64,000 bases of DNA, from positions 22,154 through 86,153 of the forward strand of contig CAXHJY010000303.1 of NCBI GenBank assembly GCA_964016885.1, in the 5' to 3' direction. The position numbers were made by a program, and so were the translations under genes. The stretch comes from Eledone cirrhosa (taxonomy: Eukaryota). Below are positions 40,481-53,587 of the stretch, one piece after another (positions within the stretch are counted from its first letter, which is position 1; each line of letters starts with the position of its first letter). The notes beneath the pieces are model-generated. The model was given only the letters and a program-made list of their open reading frames with translations. It did not search any database and had not been told where the DNA came from.

Positions 40481-43400
40481 TATTACACCAGTTTTATTTT
40501 GGAGGTGAATATTACACCAGTTTTACTTTTGGGGTGAATATTACACCAGTTTCACTTTGGAGGTGAATATTATACCAGTTTTACTTTTGGGGTGAATATT
40601 ACACCAGTTTCACTTTGGAGGTGAATATTACACCAGTTCTACTTTTGGGGTGAATATTACACCAGTTTCACTTTGGAGGTGAATATTATACCAGTTTTAC
40701 TTTGGAGGTGAATATTACACCAGTTTTACTTTTGGGGTGAATATTACACCAGTTTCACTTTGGAGGTGAATATTATACTAGTTTTACTTTTGGGGTGAAT
40801 ATTACACCAGTTTCACTTTGGAGGTGAATATTACACCAGTTTTACTTTTGGGGTGAATATTACACCAGTTTCACTTTGGAGGTGAATATTATACCAGTTT
40901 TACTTTTGGGGTGAATATTACACCAGTTTCACTTTGGAGGTGAATATTACACCAGTTTTACTTTTGGAGTGAATATTACACCAGTTTTACTTTTGGAGTG
41001 AATATTACACCAGTTTTACTTTTGGAATGAATATTACACCAGTTTTACTTTGGGAGTGAATATTACACCAGTTTTACTTTTGGTGTGAATATTACACCAG
41101 TTTTACTTTTGGAGTGAATATTACACCAGTTTTATTTAGGAGGTGAATATTACACCAGTTTTACTTTTGGAGGTGAATATTACACCAGTTTTACTTTTGG
41201 TGGTGAATATTACACCAGTTTTATTTTGGAGGTGAATATTACACCAGTTTTACTTTGGAGGTGAATATTACACCAGTTTTACTTTTGGGGTGAATATTAC
41301 ACCAGTTTCACTTTGGAGGTGAATATTATACCAGTTTTACTTTTGGGGTGAATATTACACCAGTTTCACTTTGGAGGTGAATATTACACCAGTTTTACTT
41401 TTGGGGTGAATATTACACCAGTTTCACTTTGGAGGTGAATATTATACCAGTTTTACTTCTGGGGTGAATATTACACCAGTTTCACTTTGGAGGTGAATAT
41501 TACACCAGTTTTACTTTTGGAGTGAATTTTACACCAGTTTTACTTTTGGAGTGAATATTACACCAGTTTTACTTTTGGAGTGAATATTACACCAGTTTTA
41601 CTTTTGGAGTGAATATTACACCAGTTTTACTTTTGGTGTGAATATTACACCAGTTTTACTTTTGGAGTGAATATTACACCAGTTTTACTTTTGGAGTGAA
41701 TATTACACCAGTTTTACTTTGGAGGTGAATATTACACCAATTTTACTTTTGGAGTAAATATTACACCAGTTTTACTTTGGAGTGAATATTACACCAATTT
41801 TACTTTTGGAGTGAATATTACACCAGCTTTACTTTTGGGGTGAATATTACCCCAGTTTTACTTTTGGGGTGAATATTACACCAGTTTTACTTTTAAGGTG
41901 AATATTACACCAGTTTTACTTTGGAAGTGAATATTACACCAGTTTTACTTTTGGAGTGAATATTACACCAGTTTTACTTTTGGGGTGAATATTACACCAG
42001 TTTTACTTTAGATGTGAATATTACACCAGTTTCACTTTGAAGGTGAATATTACACCAGTTTTACTTTGGAAGTGAATATTACACCAGTTTTATTTTGGAG
42101 GTGAATATTACACCAGTTTCACTTTGGAGGTGAATATTACACCAGTTTCACTTTTGTGGTGAATATTACACCAGTTTCACTTTGGAGGTGAATATTATAC
42201 CAGTTTTACTTTAGATGTGAATATTACACCAGTTTTACTTTTGGGATGAATATTACATCAGTTTTACTTTGGAAGTGAATATTACACAGTTTTACTTTTG
42301 GGGTTAATATTACACCAGTTTCACTTTGGAGGTGAATATTACACCAGTTTTACTTTTGGGGTGAATATTACACCAGTTTCACTTTGGAGGTGAATATTAC
42401 ACCAGTTTTACTTTTAAGGTGAATATTACACCAGTTTTACTTTTAAGGTGAATATTACACCAGTTTCACTTAGGAGGTGAATATTACACCAGTTTTACTT
42501 TAGATGTGAATATTACACCAGTTTTACTTTTAAGGTGAATATTACACCAGTTTTACTTTGGAAGTGAATATTACACCAGTTTTACTTTTGGAGTGAATAT
42601 TACACCAGTTTTACTTTTGGGGTGAATATTACACCAGTTTTACTTTAGATGTGAATATTACACCAGTTTCACTTTGAAGGTGAATATTACACCAGTTTTA
42701 CTTTGGAAGTGAATATTACACCAGTTTTATTTTGGAGGTGAATATTACACCAGTTTCACTTTGGAGGTGAATATTACACCAGTTTCACTTTTGTGGTGAA
42801 TATTACACCAGTTTCACTTTGGAGGTGAATATTATACCAGTTTTACTTTAGATGTGAATATTACACCAGTTTTACTTTTGGGATGAATATTACATCAGTT
42901 TTACTTTGGAAGTGAATATTACACAGTTTTACTTTTGGGGTTAATATTACACCAGTTTCACTTTGGAGGTGAATATTACACCAGTTTTACTTTTGGGGTG
43001 AATATTACACCAGTTTCACTTTGGAGGTGAATATTACACCAGTTTTACTTTTAAGGTGAATATTACACCAGTTTTACTTTTAAGGTGAATATTACACCAG
43101 TTTTACTTAGGAGGTGAATATTACACCAGTTTTACTTTAGATGTGAATATTACACCAGTTTTACTTTTGGGGTGAATATTACACCAGTTTCACTTTGAAG
43201 GTGAATATTACACCAGTTTTACTTTGGAAGTGAATATTACACAGTTTTACTTTTGGGGCTAATATTACACCAGTTTCACTTTGGAGGTGAATATTACACC
43301 AGTTTTACTTTTGGGGTGAATATTACACCAGTTTCACTTTTGAAGGTGAATATTACACCAATTTCACTTTTAAGGTGAATATTACATCAGTTTCACTTTG

Positions 43401-43877
43401 GAGGTGAATATTACACCAGTTTCACCTTGAAGGTGAATATTACACCAGTTTCACTTTGGAGGTGAATATTACACCAGTTTTACTTTTAAGGTGAATATTA
43501 CACCAGTTTCACTTTGAAGGTGAATATTACACCAGTTTTACTTTTAAGGTGAATATTACATCAGTTTCACTTTGGAGGTGAATATTACACCAGTTTCACT
43601 TTGAAGGTGAATATTACACCAGTTTTACTTTGGAGTTGAATATTACACAGTTTTACTTTTGGGGTTAATATTACACCAGTTTCACTTTGGAGGTGAATAT
43701 TACACCAGTTTTACTTTTGGGGTGAATATTACACCAGTTTTACTTTGAAGGTGAATATTACACCAATTCACTTTTAAGGTGAATATTACACCAGTTTTAC
43801 TTTTGGGGTGAATATTACACCAGTTTCACTTTGGAGGTGAATATTATACCAGTTTTACTTTAGATGTGAATATTACA

Positions 43878-43937
43878 AGGGCGGTGCCCCAGCATGGCCT
43901 CAGCCGGATGGCTGAAACAGGTAAGAGAGTAAAAGAG
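43878..43937 (+). mobile_element. 60-bp retroposon tail in the satellite (copy 2)
   Basis: Identical to 40421-40480, with the same TATTACA duplication and the same preceding tttagatgtgaa monomer variant. Confidence 0.85.
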
Positions 43938-46667
43938 TATTACACCAGTTTTATTTTGCAGGTGAATATTACACCAGTTTTACTTTTGGGGTGAATATTA
44001 CACCAGTTTCACTTTGGAGGTGAATATTATACCAGTTTTACTTTTGGGGTGAATATTACACCAGTTTCACTTTGGAGGTGAATATTACACCAGTTCTACT
44101 TTTGGGGTGAATATTACACCAGTTTCACTTTGGAGGTGAATATTATACCAGTTTTACTTTGGAGGTGAATATTACACCAGTTTTACTTTTGGGGTGAATA
44201 TTACACCAGTTTCACTTTGGAGGTGAATATTATACTAGTTTTACTTTTGGGGTGAATATTACACCAGTTTCACTTTGGAGGTGAATATTACACCAGTTTT
44301 ACTTTTGGGGTGAATATTACACCAGTTTCACTTTGGAGGTGAATATTATACCAGTTTTACTTTTGGGGTGAATATTACACCAGTTTCACTTTGGAGGTGA
44401 ATATTACACCAGTTTTACTTTTGGAGTGAATATCACACCAGTTTTACTTTTGGAATGAATATTACACCAGTTTTACTTTGGGAGTGAATATTACACCAGT
44501 TTTACTTTTGGTGTGAATATTACACCAGTTTTACTTTTGGAGTGAATATTACACCAGTTTTATTTAGGAGGTGAATATTACACCAGTTTTACTTTTGGAG
44601 GTGAATATTACACCAGTTTTACTTTTGGTGGTGAATATTACACCAGTTTTATTTTGGAGGTGAATATTACACCAGTTTTATTTTGGAGGTGAATATTACA
44701 CCAGTTTTACTTTGGAGGTGAATATTACACCAGTTTTACTTTTGGGGTGAATATTACACCAGTTTCACTTTGGAGGTGAATATTATACCAGTTTTACTTT
44801 TGGGGTGAATATTACACCAGTTTCACTTTGGAGGTGAATATTACACCAGTTTTACTTTTGGGGTGAATATTACACCAGTTTCACTTTGGAGGTGAATATT
44901 ATACCAGTTTTACTTTTGGAGTGAATTTTACACCAGTTTTACTTTTGGAGTGAATATTACACCAGTTTTACTTTTGGAGTGAATATTACACCAGTTTTAC
45001 TTTTGGTGTGAATATTACACCAGTTTTACTTTTGGAGTGAATATTACACCAGTTTTACTTTTGGAGTGAATATTACACCAGTTTTACTTTTGGAGTGAAT
45101 ATTACACCAGTTTTACTTTGGAGGTGAATATTACACCAATTTTACTTTTGGAGTAAATATTACACCAGTTTTACTTTGGAGTGAATATTACACCAATTTT
45201 ACTTTTGGAGTGAATATTACACCAGCTTTACTTTTGGGGTGAATATTACCCCAGTTTTACTTTTGGGGTGAATATTACACCAGTTTTACTTTTAAGGTGA
45301 ATATTACACCAGTTTTACTTTGGAAGTGAATATTACACCAGTTTTACTTTTGGAGTGAATATTACACCAGTTTTACTTTTGGGGTGAATATTACACCAGT
45401 TTTACTTTAGATGTGAATATTACACCAGTTTCACTTTGAAGGTGAATATTACACCAGTTTTACTTTGGAAGTGAATATTACACCAGTTTTATTTTGGAGG
45501 TGAATATTACACCAGTTTCACTTTGGAGGTGAATATTACACCAGTTTCACTTTTGTGGTGAATATTACACCAGTTTCACTTTGGAGGTGAATATTATACC
45601 AGTTTTACTTTAGATGTGAATATTACACCAGTTTTACTTTTGGGATGAATATTACATCAGTTTTACTTTGGAAGTGAATATTACACAGTTTTACTTTTGG
45701 GGTTAATATTACACCAGTTTCACTTTGGAGGTGAATATTACACCAGTTTTACTTTTGGGGTGAATATTACACCAGTTTCACTTTGGAGGTGAATATTACA
45801 CCAGTTTTACTTTTAAGGTGAATATTACACCAGTTTTACTTTTAAGGTGAATATTACACCAGTTTCACTTAGGAGGTGAATATTACACCAGTTTTACTTT
45901 AGATGTGAATATTACACCAGTTTTACTTTTGGGGTGAATATTACACCAGTTTCACTTTGAAGGTGAATATTACACCAGTTTTACTTTGGAAGTGAATATT
46001 ACACAGTTTTACTTTTGGGGCTAATATTACACCAGTTTCACTTTGGAGGTGAATATTACACCAATTTCACTTTTAAGGTGAATATTACATCAGTTTCACT
46101 TTGGAGGTGAATATTACACCAGTTTCACCTTGAAGGTGAATATTACACCAGTTTCACTTTGGAGGTGAATATTACACCAGTTTTACTTGTAAGGTGAATA
46201 TTACACCAGTTTCACTTTGAAGGTGAATATTACACCAGTTTTACTTTTAAGGTGAATATTACATCAGTTTCACTTTGGAGGTGAATATTACACCAGTTTC
46301 ACTTTGAAGGTGAATATTACAGCAGTTTTACTTTGGAGTTGAATATTACACAGTTTTACTTTTGGGGTTAATATTACACCAGTTTCACTTTGGAGGTGAA
46401 TATTATACCAGTTTTACTTTTGGGGTGAATATTACACCAGTTTTACTTTGAAGGTGAATATTACACCAATTCACTTTTAAGGTGAATATTACATCAGTTT
46501 CACTTTGGAGGTGAATATTACACCAGTTTCACTTTGGAGGTGAATATTATACCAGTTTTACTTTGGAGGTGAATATTACACCAGTTTTACTTTTGGGGTG
46601 AATATTACACCAGTTTCACTTTGGAGGTGAATATTATACCAATTTTACTTTAGATGTGAATATTACA

Positions 46668-46727
46668 AGGGCGGTGCCCCAGCATGGCCTCAGCCGGATG
46701 GCTGAAACAGGTAAGAGAGTAAAAGAG
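46668..46727 (+). mobile_element. 60-bp retroposon tail in the satellite (copy 3)
   Basis: Identical to the other two copies, in the same context. Confidence 0.85.
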
Positions 46728-49700
46728 TATTACACCAGTTTTATTTTGGAGGTGAATATTACACCAGTTTTACTTTTGGGGTGAATATTACACCAGTTTC
46801 ACTTTGGAGGTGAATATTATACCAGTTTTACTTTTGGGGTGAATATTACACCAGTTTCACTTTGGAGGTGAATATTACACCAGTTCTACTTTTGTGGTGA
46901 ATATTACACCAGTTTCACTTTGGAGGTGAATATTATACCAGTTTTACTTTGGAGGTGAATATTACACCAGTTTTACTTTTGGGGTGAATATTACACCAGT
47001 TTCACTTTGGAGGTGAATATTATACTAGTTTTACTTTTGGGGTGAATATTACACCAGTTTCACTTTGGAGGTGAATATTACACCAGTTTTACTTTTGGGG
47101 TGAATATTACACCAGTTTCACTTTGGAGGTGAATATTATACCAGTTTTACTTTTGGGGTGAATATTACACCAGTTTCACTTTGGAGGTGAATATTACACC
47201 AGTTTTACTTTTGGAGTGAATATTACACCAGTTTTACTTTTGGAGTGAATATTACACCAGTTTTACTTTTGGAGTGAATATTACACCAGTTTTACTTTGG
47301 GAGTGAATATTACACCAGTTTTATTTAGGAGGTGAATATTACACCAGTTTTACTTTTGGAGGGGAATATTACACCAGTTTTACTTTTGGTGGTGAATATT
47401 ACACCAGTTTTATTTTGGAGGTGAATATTACACCAGATTTATTTTGGAGGTGAATATTACACCAGTTTTACTTTGGAGGTGAATATTACACCAGTTTTAC
47501 TTTTGGGGTGAATATTACACCAGTTTCACTTTGGAGGTGAATATTATACCAGTTTTACTTTTGGGGTGAATATTACACCAGTTTCACTTTGGAGGTGAAT
47601 ATTACACCAGTTTTACTTTTGGGGTGAATATTACACCAGTTTCACTTTGGAGGTGAATATTATACCAGTGTTACTTTTGGGGTGAATATTACACCAGTTT
47701 CACTTTGGAGGTGAATATTACACCAGTTTTACTTTTGGAGTGAATATTACACCAGTTTTACTTTTGGAGTGAATATTACACCAGTTTTACTTTTGGAGTG
47801 AATATTACACCAGTTTTACTTTTGGTGTGAATATTACACCAGTTTTACTTTTGGAGTGAATATTACACCAGTTTTACTTTTGGAGTGAATATTACACCAG
47901 TTTTACTTTTGGAGTGAATATTACACCAGTTTTACTTTTGGGGTGAATATTACACCAGTTTTACTTTTCGGGTGAATATTACACCAGTTTTACTTTTAAG
48001 GTGAATATTACACCAGTTTTACTTTGGAAGTGAATATTACACCAGTTTTACTTTTGGAGTGAATATTACACCAGTTTTACTTTTGGGGTGAATATTACAC
48101 CAGTTTTACTTTAGATGTGAATATTACACCAGTTTCACTTTGAAGGTGAATATTACACCAGTTTTACTTTGCAAGTGAATATTACACAGTTTTACTTTTG
48201 GGGTGAATATTACACCAGTTTCACTTTGGAGGTGAATATTACACCAGTTTTACTTTTGGGGTGAATATTACACCAGTTTTACTTTTGGAGTGAATATTAC
48301 ACCAGTTTTACTTTTGGAGTGAATATTACACCAGTTTTACTTTTGGAGTGAATATTACACCAGTTTTATTTAGGAGGTGAATATTACACCAGTTTTACTT
48401 TTGGAGGTGAATATTACACCAGTTTTTCTTTTGGTGGTGAATATTACACCAGTTTTATTTTGGAGGTGAATATTACACCAGTTTTATTTTGGAGGTGAAT
48501 ATTACACCAGTTTTACTTTGGAGGTGAATATTACACCAGTTTTACTTTTGGGGTGAATATTACACCAGTTTCACTTTGGAGGTGAATATTATACCAGTTT
48601 TACTTTTGGGGTGAATATTACACCAGTTTCACTTTGGAGGTGAATATTACACCAGTTTTACTTTTGGGGTGAATATTACACCAGTTTCACTTTGGAGGTG
48701 AATATTATACCAGTTTTACTTTTGGGGTGAATATTACACCAGTTTCACTTTGGAGGTGAATATTACACCAGTTTTACTTTTGGGGTAAATATTACACCAG
48801 TTTCACTTTGGAGGTGAATATTATACCAGTTTTACTTTTGGGGTGAATATTACACCAGTTTCACTTTGGAGGTGAATATTACACCAGTTTTACTTTTGGA
48901 GTGAATATTACACCAGTTTTACTTTTGGAGTGAATATTACACCAGTTTTACTTTTGGAGTGAATATTACACCAGTTTTACTTTTGGTGTGAATATTACAC
49001 CAGTTTTACTTTTGGAGTGAATATTACACCAGTTTTACTTTTGGAGTGAATATTACACCAGTTTTACTTTTGGAGTGAATATTACACCAGTTTTACTTTT
49101 GGTGTGAATATTACACCAGTTTTACTTTTGGAGTGAATATTACACCAGTTTTACTTTTGGAGTGAATATTACACCAGTTTTACTTTTAGAGTGAATATTA
49201 CAACAGTTTTACTTTGGCGGTGAATATTACACCAATTTTACTTTTGGAGTGAATATTACACCAGTTTTACTTTGGAGTGAATATTACACCAATTTTACTT
49301 TTGGAGTGAATATTACACCAGTTTTACTTTTGGGGTGAATATTACACCAGTTTTACTTTTGGGGTGAATATTACACCAGTTTTACTTTTAAGGTGAATAT
49401 TACACCAGTTTTACTTTGGAAGTGAATATTACACCAGTTTTACTTTTGGAGTGAATATTACACCAGTTTTACTTTTGGGGTGAATATTACACCAGTTTTA
49501 ATTTAGATGTGAATATTACACCAGTTTCACTTTGAAGGTGAATATTACACCAGTTTTACTTTGGAAGTGAATATTACACAGTTTTACTTTTGGGGTGAAT
49601 ATTACACCAGTTTCACTTTGGAGGTGAATATTACACCAGTTTTACTTTTGGGGTGAATATTACACCAGTTTCACTTTGAAGGTGAATATTACACCAGTTT

Positions 49701-51265
49701 TACTTTTGGGGTGAATATTACACCAGTTTCACTTTGGAGGTGAATATTACACCAGTTTCACTTTGGAGGTGAATATTACACCAGTTTTACTTTTAAGGTG
49801 AATATTACACCAGTTTCACTTTGGAGGTGAATATTACACCAGTTTTACTTTTGGAGTGAATATTACACCAGTTTTACTTTTGGAGTGAATATTACACCAG
49901 TTTTACTTTTGGAGTGAATATTACACCAGTTTTACTTTTGGAGTGAATATTACACCAGTTTTACTTTTTGGGTGAATATTACACCAGTTTTACTTTTGGA
50001 GTGAATATTACACCAGTTTTACTTTTGGAGTGAATATTACACTAGTTTTACTTTTGGGGTGAATATTACACCAGTGTTACTTTTAAGGTGAATATTACAC
50101 CAGTTTCACTTTGAAGGTGAATATTACACCAGTTTTACTTTTAAGGTGAATATTACACCAGTTTCACTTTGGAGGTGAATATTACACCAGTTTTACTTTT
50201 AAGGTGAATATTACACCATTTTCACTTTGAAGGTGAATATTACACCAGTTTTACTTTTAAGGTGAATATTACACCAGTTTCACTTTGGAGGTGAATATTA
50301 CACCAGTTTTACTTTTAGGGTGAATATTACATCAGTTTCACTTTGAAGGTGAATATTATACCAGTTTTACTTTTGGGGTGAATATTACACCAGTTTCACT
50401 TTTGGGGTGAATATTACACCAGTTTCACTTTGGAGGTGAATATTACACCAGTTTAACTTTTGGGGTGAATATTACACCAGTTTCACTTTGGAGGTGAATA
50501 TTACCCCAGTTTCACTTTGGAGGTGAATATTATACCAGTTTTACTTTTGGGATGAATATTACATCAGTTTTACTTTTGGGTTGAATATTACACCAGTTTT
50601 ACTTTTAAGGTGAATATTACACCAGTTTCACTTTGAAGGTGAATATTACACCAATTTCACTTTTAAGGTGAATATTACACCAGTTTTACTTTTAATGTGA
50701 ATATATTACACCAGTTTCACTTTGAAGGTGAATATTACATCAGTTTCACTTTGGAGGTGAATATTACACCAGTTTTACTTTTAAGGTGAATATTACAACA
50801 GTTTTATTTTCGACGTGAATTTTCTATTTCCTATTGCTTTTTTATGTTTTGAATGAATATGGCCTTCAAAACAATCTGAAATTGGTAAAAAATCATTACA
50901 TAGTGCAGTTGTGAAACAAAAACTATATTCTAGACAACACTTAAAACATTTTGAATATAAAAATATTAAAACTTCATAAATATATTCTCCACTCATTAGA
51001 ATTTCAAAATTGCACTATCGACACATTACCTGCCTTAACCTATAAACAGGATTTCAATTTTTGTCTATTTCTTAGACATAAAATAGGGGGTGGGTCAGCT
51101 TATATTCAAGTATATACAGTATTTACCACATGTTTAGTCAGGCATAACTGATGCAACAGAAACAGGAATAACAACAACAGAAACATACCCAACTGTTTAC
51201 ATTTTTCATGAAATATTATTAGAGGATTTGTTTAAAAATGGTTTTATACTTTTTTTATCTTGTAG

Positions 51266-51362
51266 TCTGCAAAAGCTGTTTGGTTCGTTACCTGGATGAC
51301 AATAACACTTGCCCTACTTGTGAAATTGTGATTCATCAGAGTCACCCACTTAATTACATCAG
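51266..51362 (+). CDS. PCGF3: PCGF3 coding exon 2 (RING C-half)
   Basis: ttttatcttgtag| then (F)CKSCLVRYLDDNNTCPTCEIVIHQSHPLNYI, donor AG|gtgagt, phase 2. Confidence 0.95.
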
Positions 51363-51699
51363 GTGAGTGGTTCTGTTCTTATTCTAGCTATTGCTATTTT
51401 TCTCAATATTAAAATTCATTATTAATACACCATATAATGACTTTATCTCTCCTTTCATTTTTATATGACTTTGTCTATCCTCACACATTTTGTAATTCCT
51501 ATATATGTTTTTATTTTATGAATGAAAGGGCCCAGGTAGCACTAATAAAAGAAAAGATTATTATTACTTTGCCAGATGGTGTTATTAAGTTAGACATGGC
51601 CTAGGCCAATACTGGACGAAACCAATCAAAGTTATTTCAATCAGTGTTGCTATTTAACTGAAAAATTTGCTCTAATAAACACCAAACTGCTACCTGCAG

Positions 51700-53330
51700 C
51701 CTCAGATATTCTGGACGTATTGGAGGGTCCTTGCTGTTCCCAATAGGCATACCTTCTGGAGTGTTCTAAAAAAGGGGGCTGGGCTAATGTTCTTTAACCA
51801 GCCTTTGAAGCTCTTCAAGATAGTACCTAGTGCTCCTATGATGACGGGGACGACCCTGATCTCATGACAGTCCCAAATCCTTTTCTTGCACTCTTGTGTC
51901 ATAGGAGCAAGCTACATCTATAATCAAGCAATATCTTTTTTCCTTGTCAAAAACTACCAGTTCAGGCCTATTGTGTTCCATTTGTATTCTGAAATTCTAT
52001 AGCACCTTCATCCAATCATTTTCTATCACCGATTCTGGCTTATGCTCATACCATTTCTCAGAATGGGGTAAATTGTTCAGTTTGCATAAATGCCAGTGAA
52101 TCACTTTTCCTATGATATCATGCCTCCATTCTTTATAATGAGTCTGGGCTATGTGTTTACACTTGGATACGATGTGAGCCACAGTTTCCTCTCTCTCTCC
52201 TCAGATCCTACAGAGTGGGTTAGCCTCCTCCTTGTCAATATGGTGTTTAACCCACACCATTCTAAGGGCTTGCTCCTGTGCAGTCAATATCATTCCCTCT
52301 GAGGCTTTCTTAAGGTCCCGTTTCTTTAACCAGTTCCATGTCTGCGGATCTCTGATTTCTGTTTTTTTTTAAAAGATGCTATGAAGGACCTATTCATTCA
52401 GGTTGTTCTTCCTTTTTGTTGTTACTTCTTTTTTTGACATCTCCTGGTCTATTATCTCCTCCTTCAATACAGCCTTAAGTATTTGCTTGCTACTCTCAGA
52501 CACATATTTGTGTAGACAGTTCTTCTCCATCTGAACATGATCCTCCATGCTGATTAGACCTCTTCCACCTTCAGATCTCATCAAGGTGGTCATTAATTTC
52601 CTTGTCTTTCTATTAAGTTCTTTTGGCTGGTTTACATTCCATTTAAGAATTCCTGCACTGTACCTAATAATTGTTTCTACTTTTTGGCACAAGGCCAACA
52701 ATTACCCAGTGCATTACTGGTACTTTATTTTATCGGCTCCGTAAGGATGAAAGGCAAAGTTAACCTCGGCAGGATTTGAACTTAGATCATAAAGGGACAT
52801 AACTATGCTAGAAAGCATGGCGTCTGACTCTCTACCGATACTGCCAATTCACCGTACCGAATAATAGACACAGCTTATTATGTTTGATACTCTATTGGTC
52901 TTTTTATTGTTTCTACTGCTGGCACGAGACCAGCTATTACCCCAGTGCATTACTGGTGCTTTATGTTATCGATGACGTAAGGATGAAATGCAAAGTTAAC
53001 CTCGGCGGGATTTGAACTCAGAACTTAAAGGGCCATAACTCTATGCTGCAAAGCATGGTGTCTGGTGCTCTACTGATACTACCAATCCACTGCATTTGTA
53101 AACCAATAATGTCATTATTGTCAGCATCATTTTTACATCTGTTTTTCTATGCATGCATGGTGTTTGATGGGTCTTCTCGAACAGAATTTTGCTTCTTGAT
53201 GCTTTCCTTTGTTATCTTCTCTGTAAAGTTTAGTATCTTGAGATTGGCTTTTACCATTTCTGCCAGTGTCTTCTTCTTTCACAGCATTCTTTCATTTGGA
53301 ACTCTTGGCACTTCTTTGCTTAAATACCAC
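51700..53330 (-). mobile_element. Decayed RLE-type non-LTR retrotransposon (R4/Dong-like), interrupted by two SINEs
   Basis: Fragments RSEGGRGLIS, HIVSKC...YKEWRHDIIGKVIHWHLC...WYEHKPESVIEN and VVPVIIGALGTI...LQKVCLLGTARTL. Confidence 0.8.
52667..53093 (-). mobile_element. Two SINE A copies (52667-52855, ~52905-53093) inside the R4-like element
   Basis: Reverse-complement matches to family A; the first has an imperfect gtacc(t/g)aataat target duplication. Confidence 0.85.
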
Positions 53331-53531
53331 CACTCATATGAATTACATGTCCAGATCAGTATGTCTCTCTCTCACTATAAAAATTTATTTAGATGAATAT
53401 AAATTACATTTTTAACATTATCGATGTACATTCTTCACATCATCTTTTATGAAGTATCAACATGCTAGCAATGAAATCGGATATTAAATAGTGATGATGA
53501 AATGATGTAACTAATGTGTCTCTTTTTGCAG

Positions 53532-53587
53532 CCATGATCGGACCATGCAAGACATTGTATACAAACTGGTGCCAGAATTACAAGAAA
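53532..53587 (+). CDS. PCGF3: PCGF3 coding exon 3
   Basis: tctttttgcag| then (S)HDRTMQDIVYKLVPELQE, donor A|gtaagt. Confidence 0.95.

Larger units (their letters stand above)
31184..50820. repeat. 29-bp satellite array, ~19.6 kb, ~675 monomers, consensus GGTGAATATTACACCAGTTT(T/C)ACTTT(GGA/TGG/GAA/TAA)
   Basis: Continuous head-to-tail repetition; copy number estimated as length/29; variation concentrated in the few bases before GTGAA. Confidence 0.99.
31061..51119. mobile_element. TA-flanked Tc1/mariner-pogo-type MITE that contains the whole satellite array
   Basis: TA|CTGTTTATACTCGTATATAAGC at 31061 and GCTTATATTCAAGTATATACAG|TA ending at 51119 are 22-bp inverted repeats (19/22 identical) with TA on both sides. 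Confidence 0.85.

Noticed and set aside
31184-50820. CRISPR-like appearance: ~29-bp partly palindromic repeat with occasional inserted sequence
   Set aside because: Repeats are directly adjacent with no unique spacers, the three inserts are identical and carry a target-site duplication, there are no cas genes, and the context is a eukaryotic intron.
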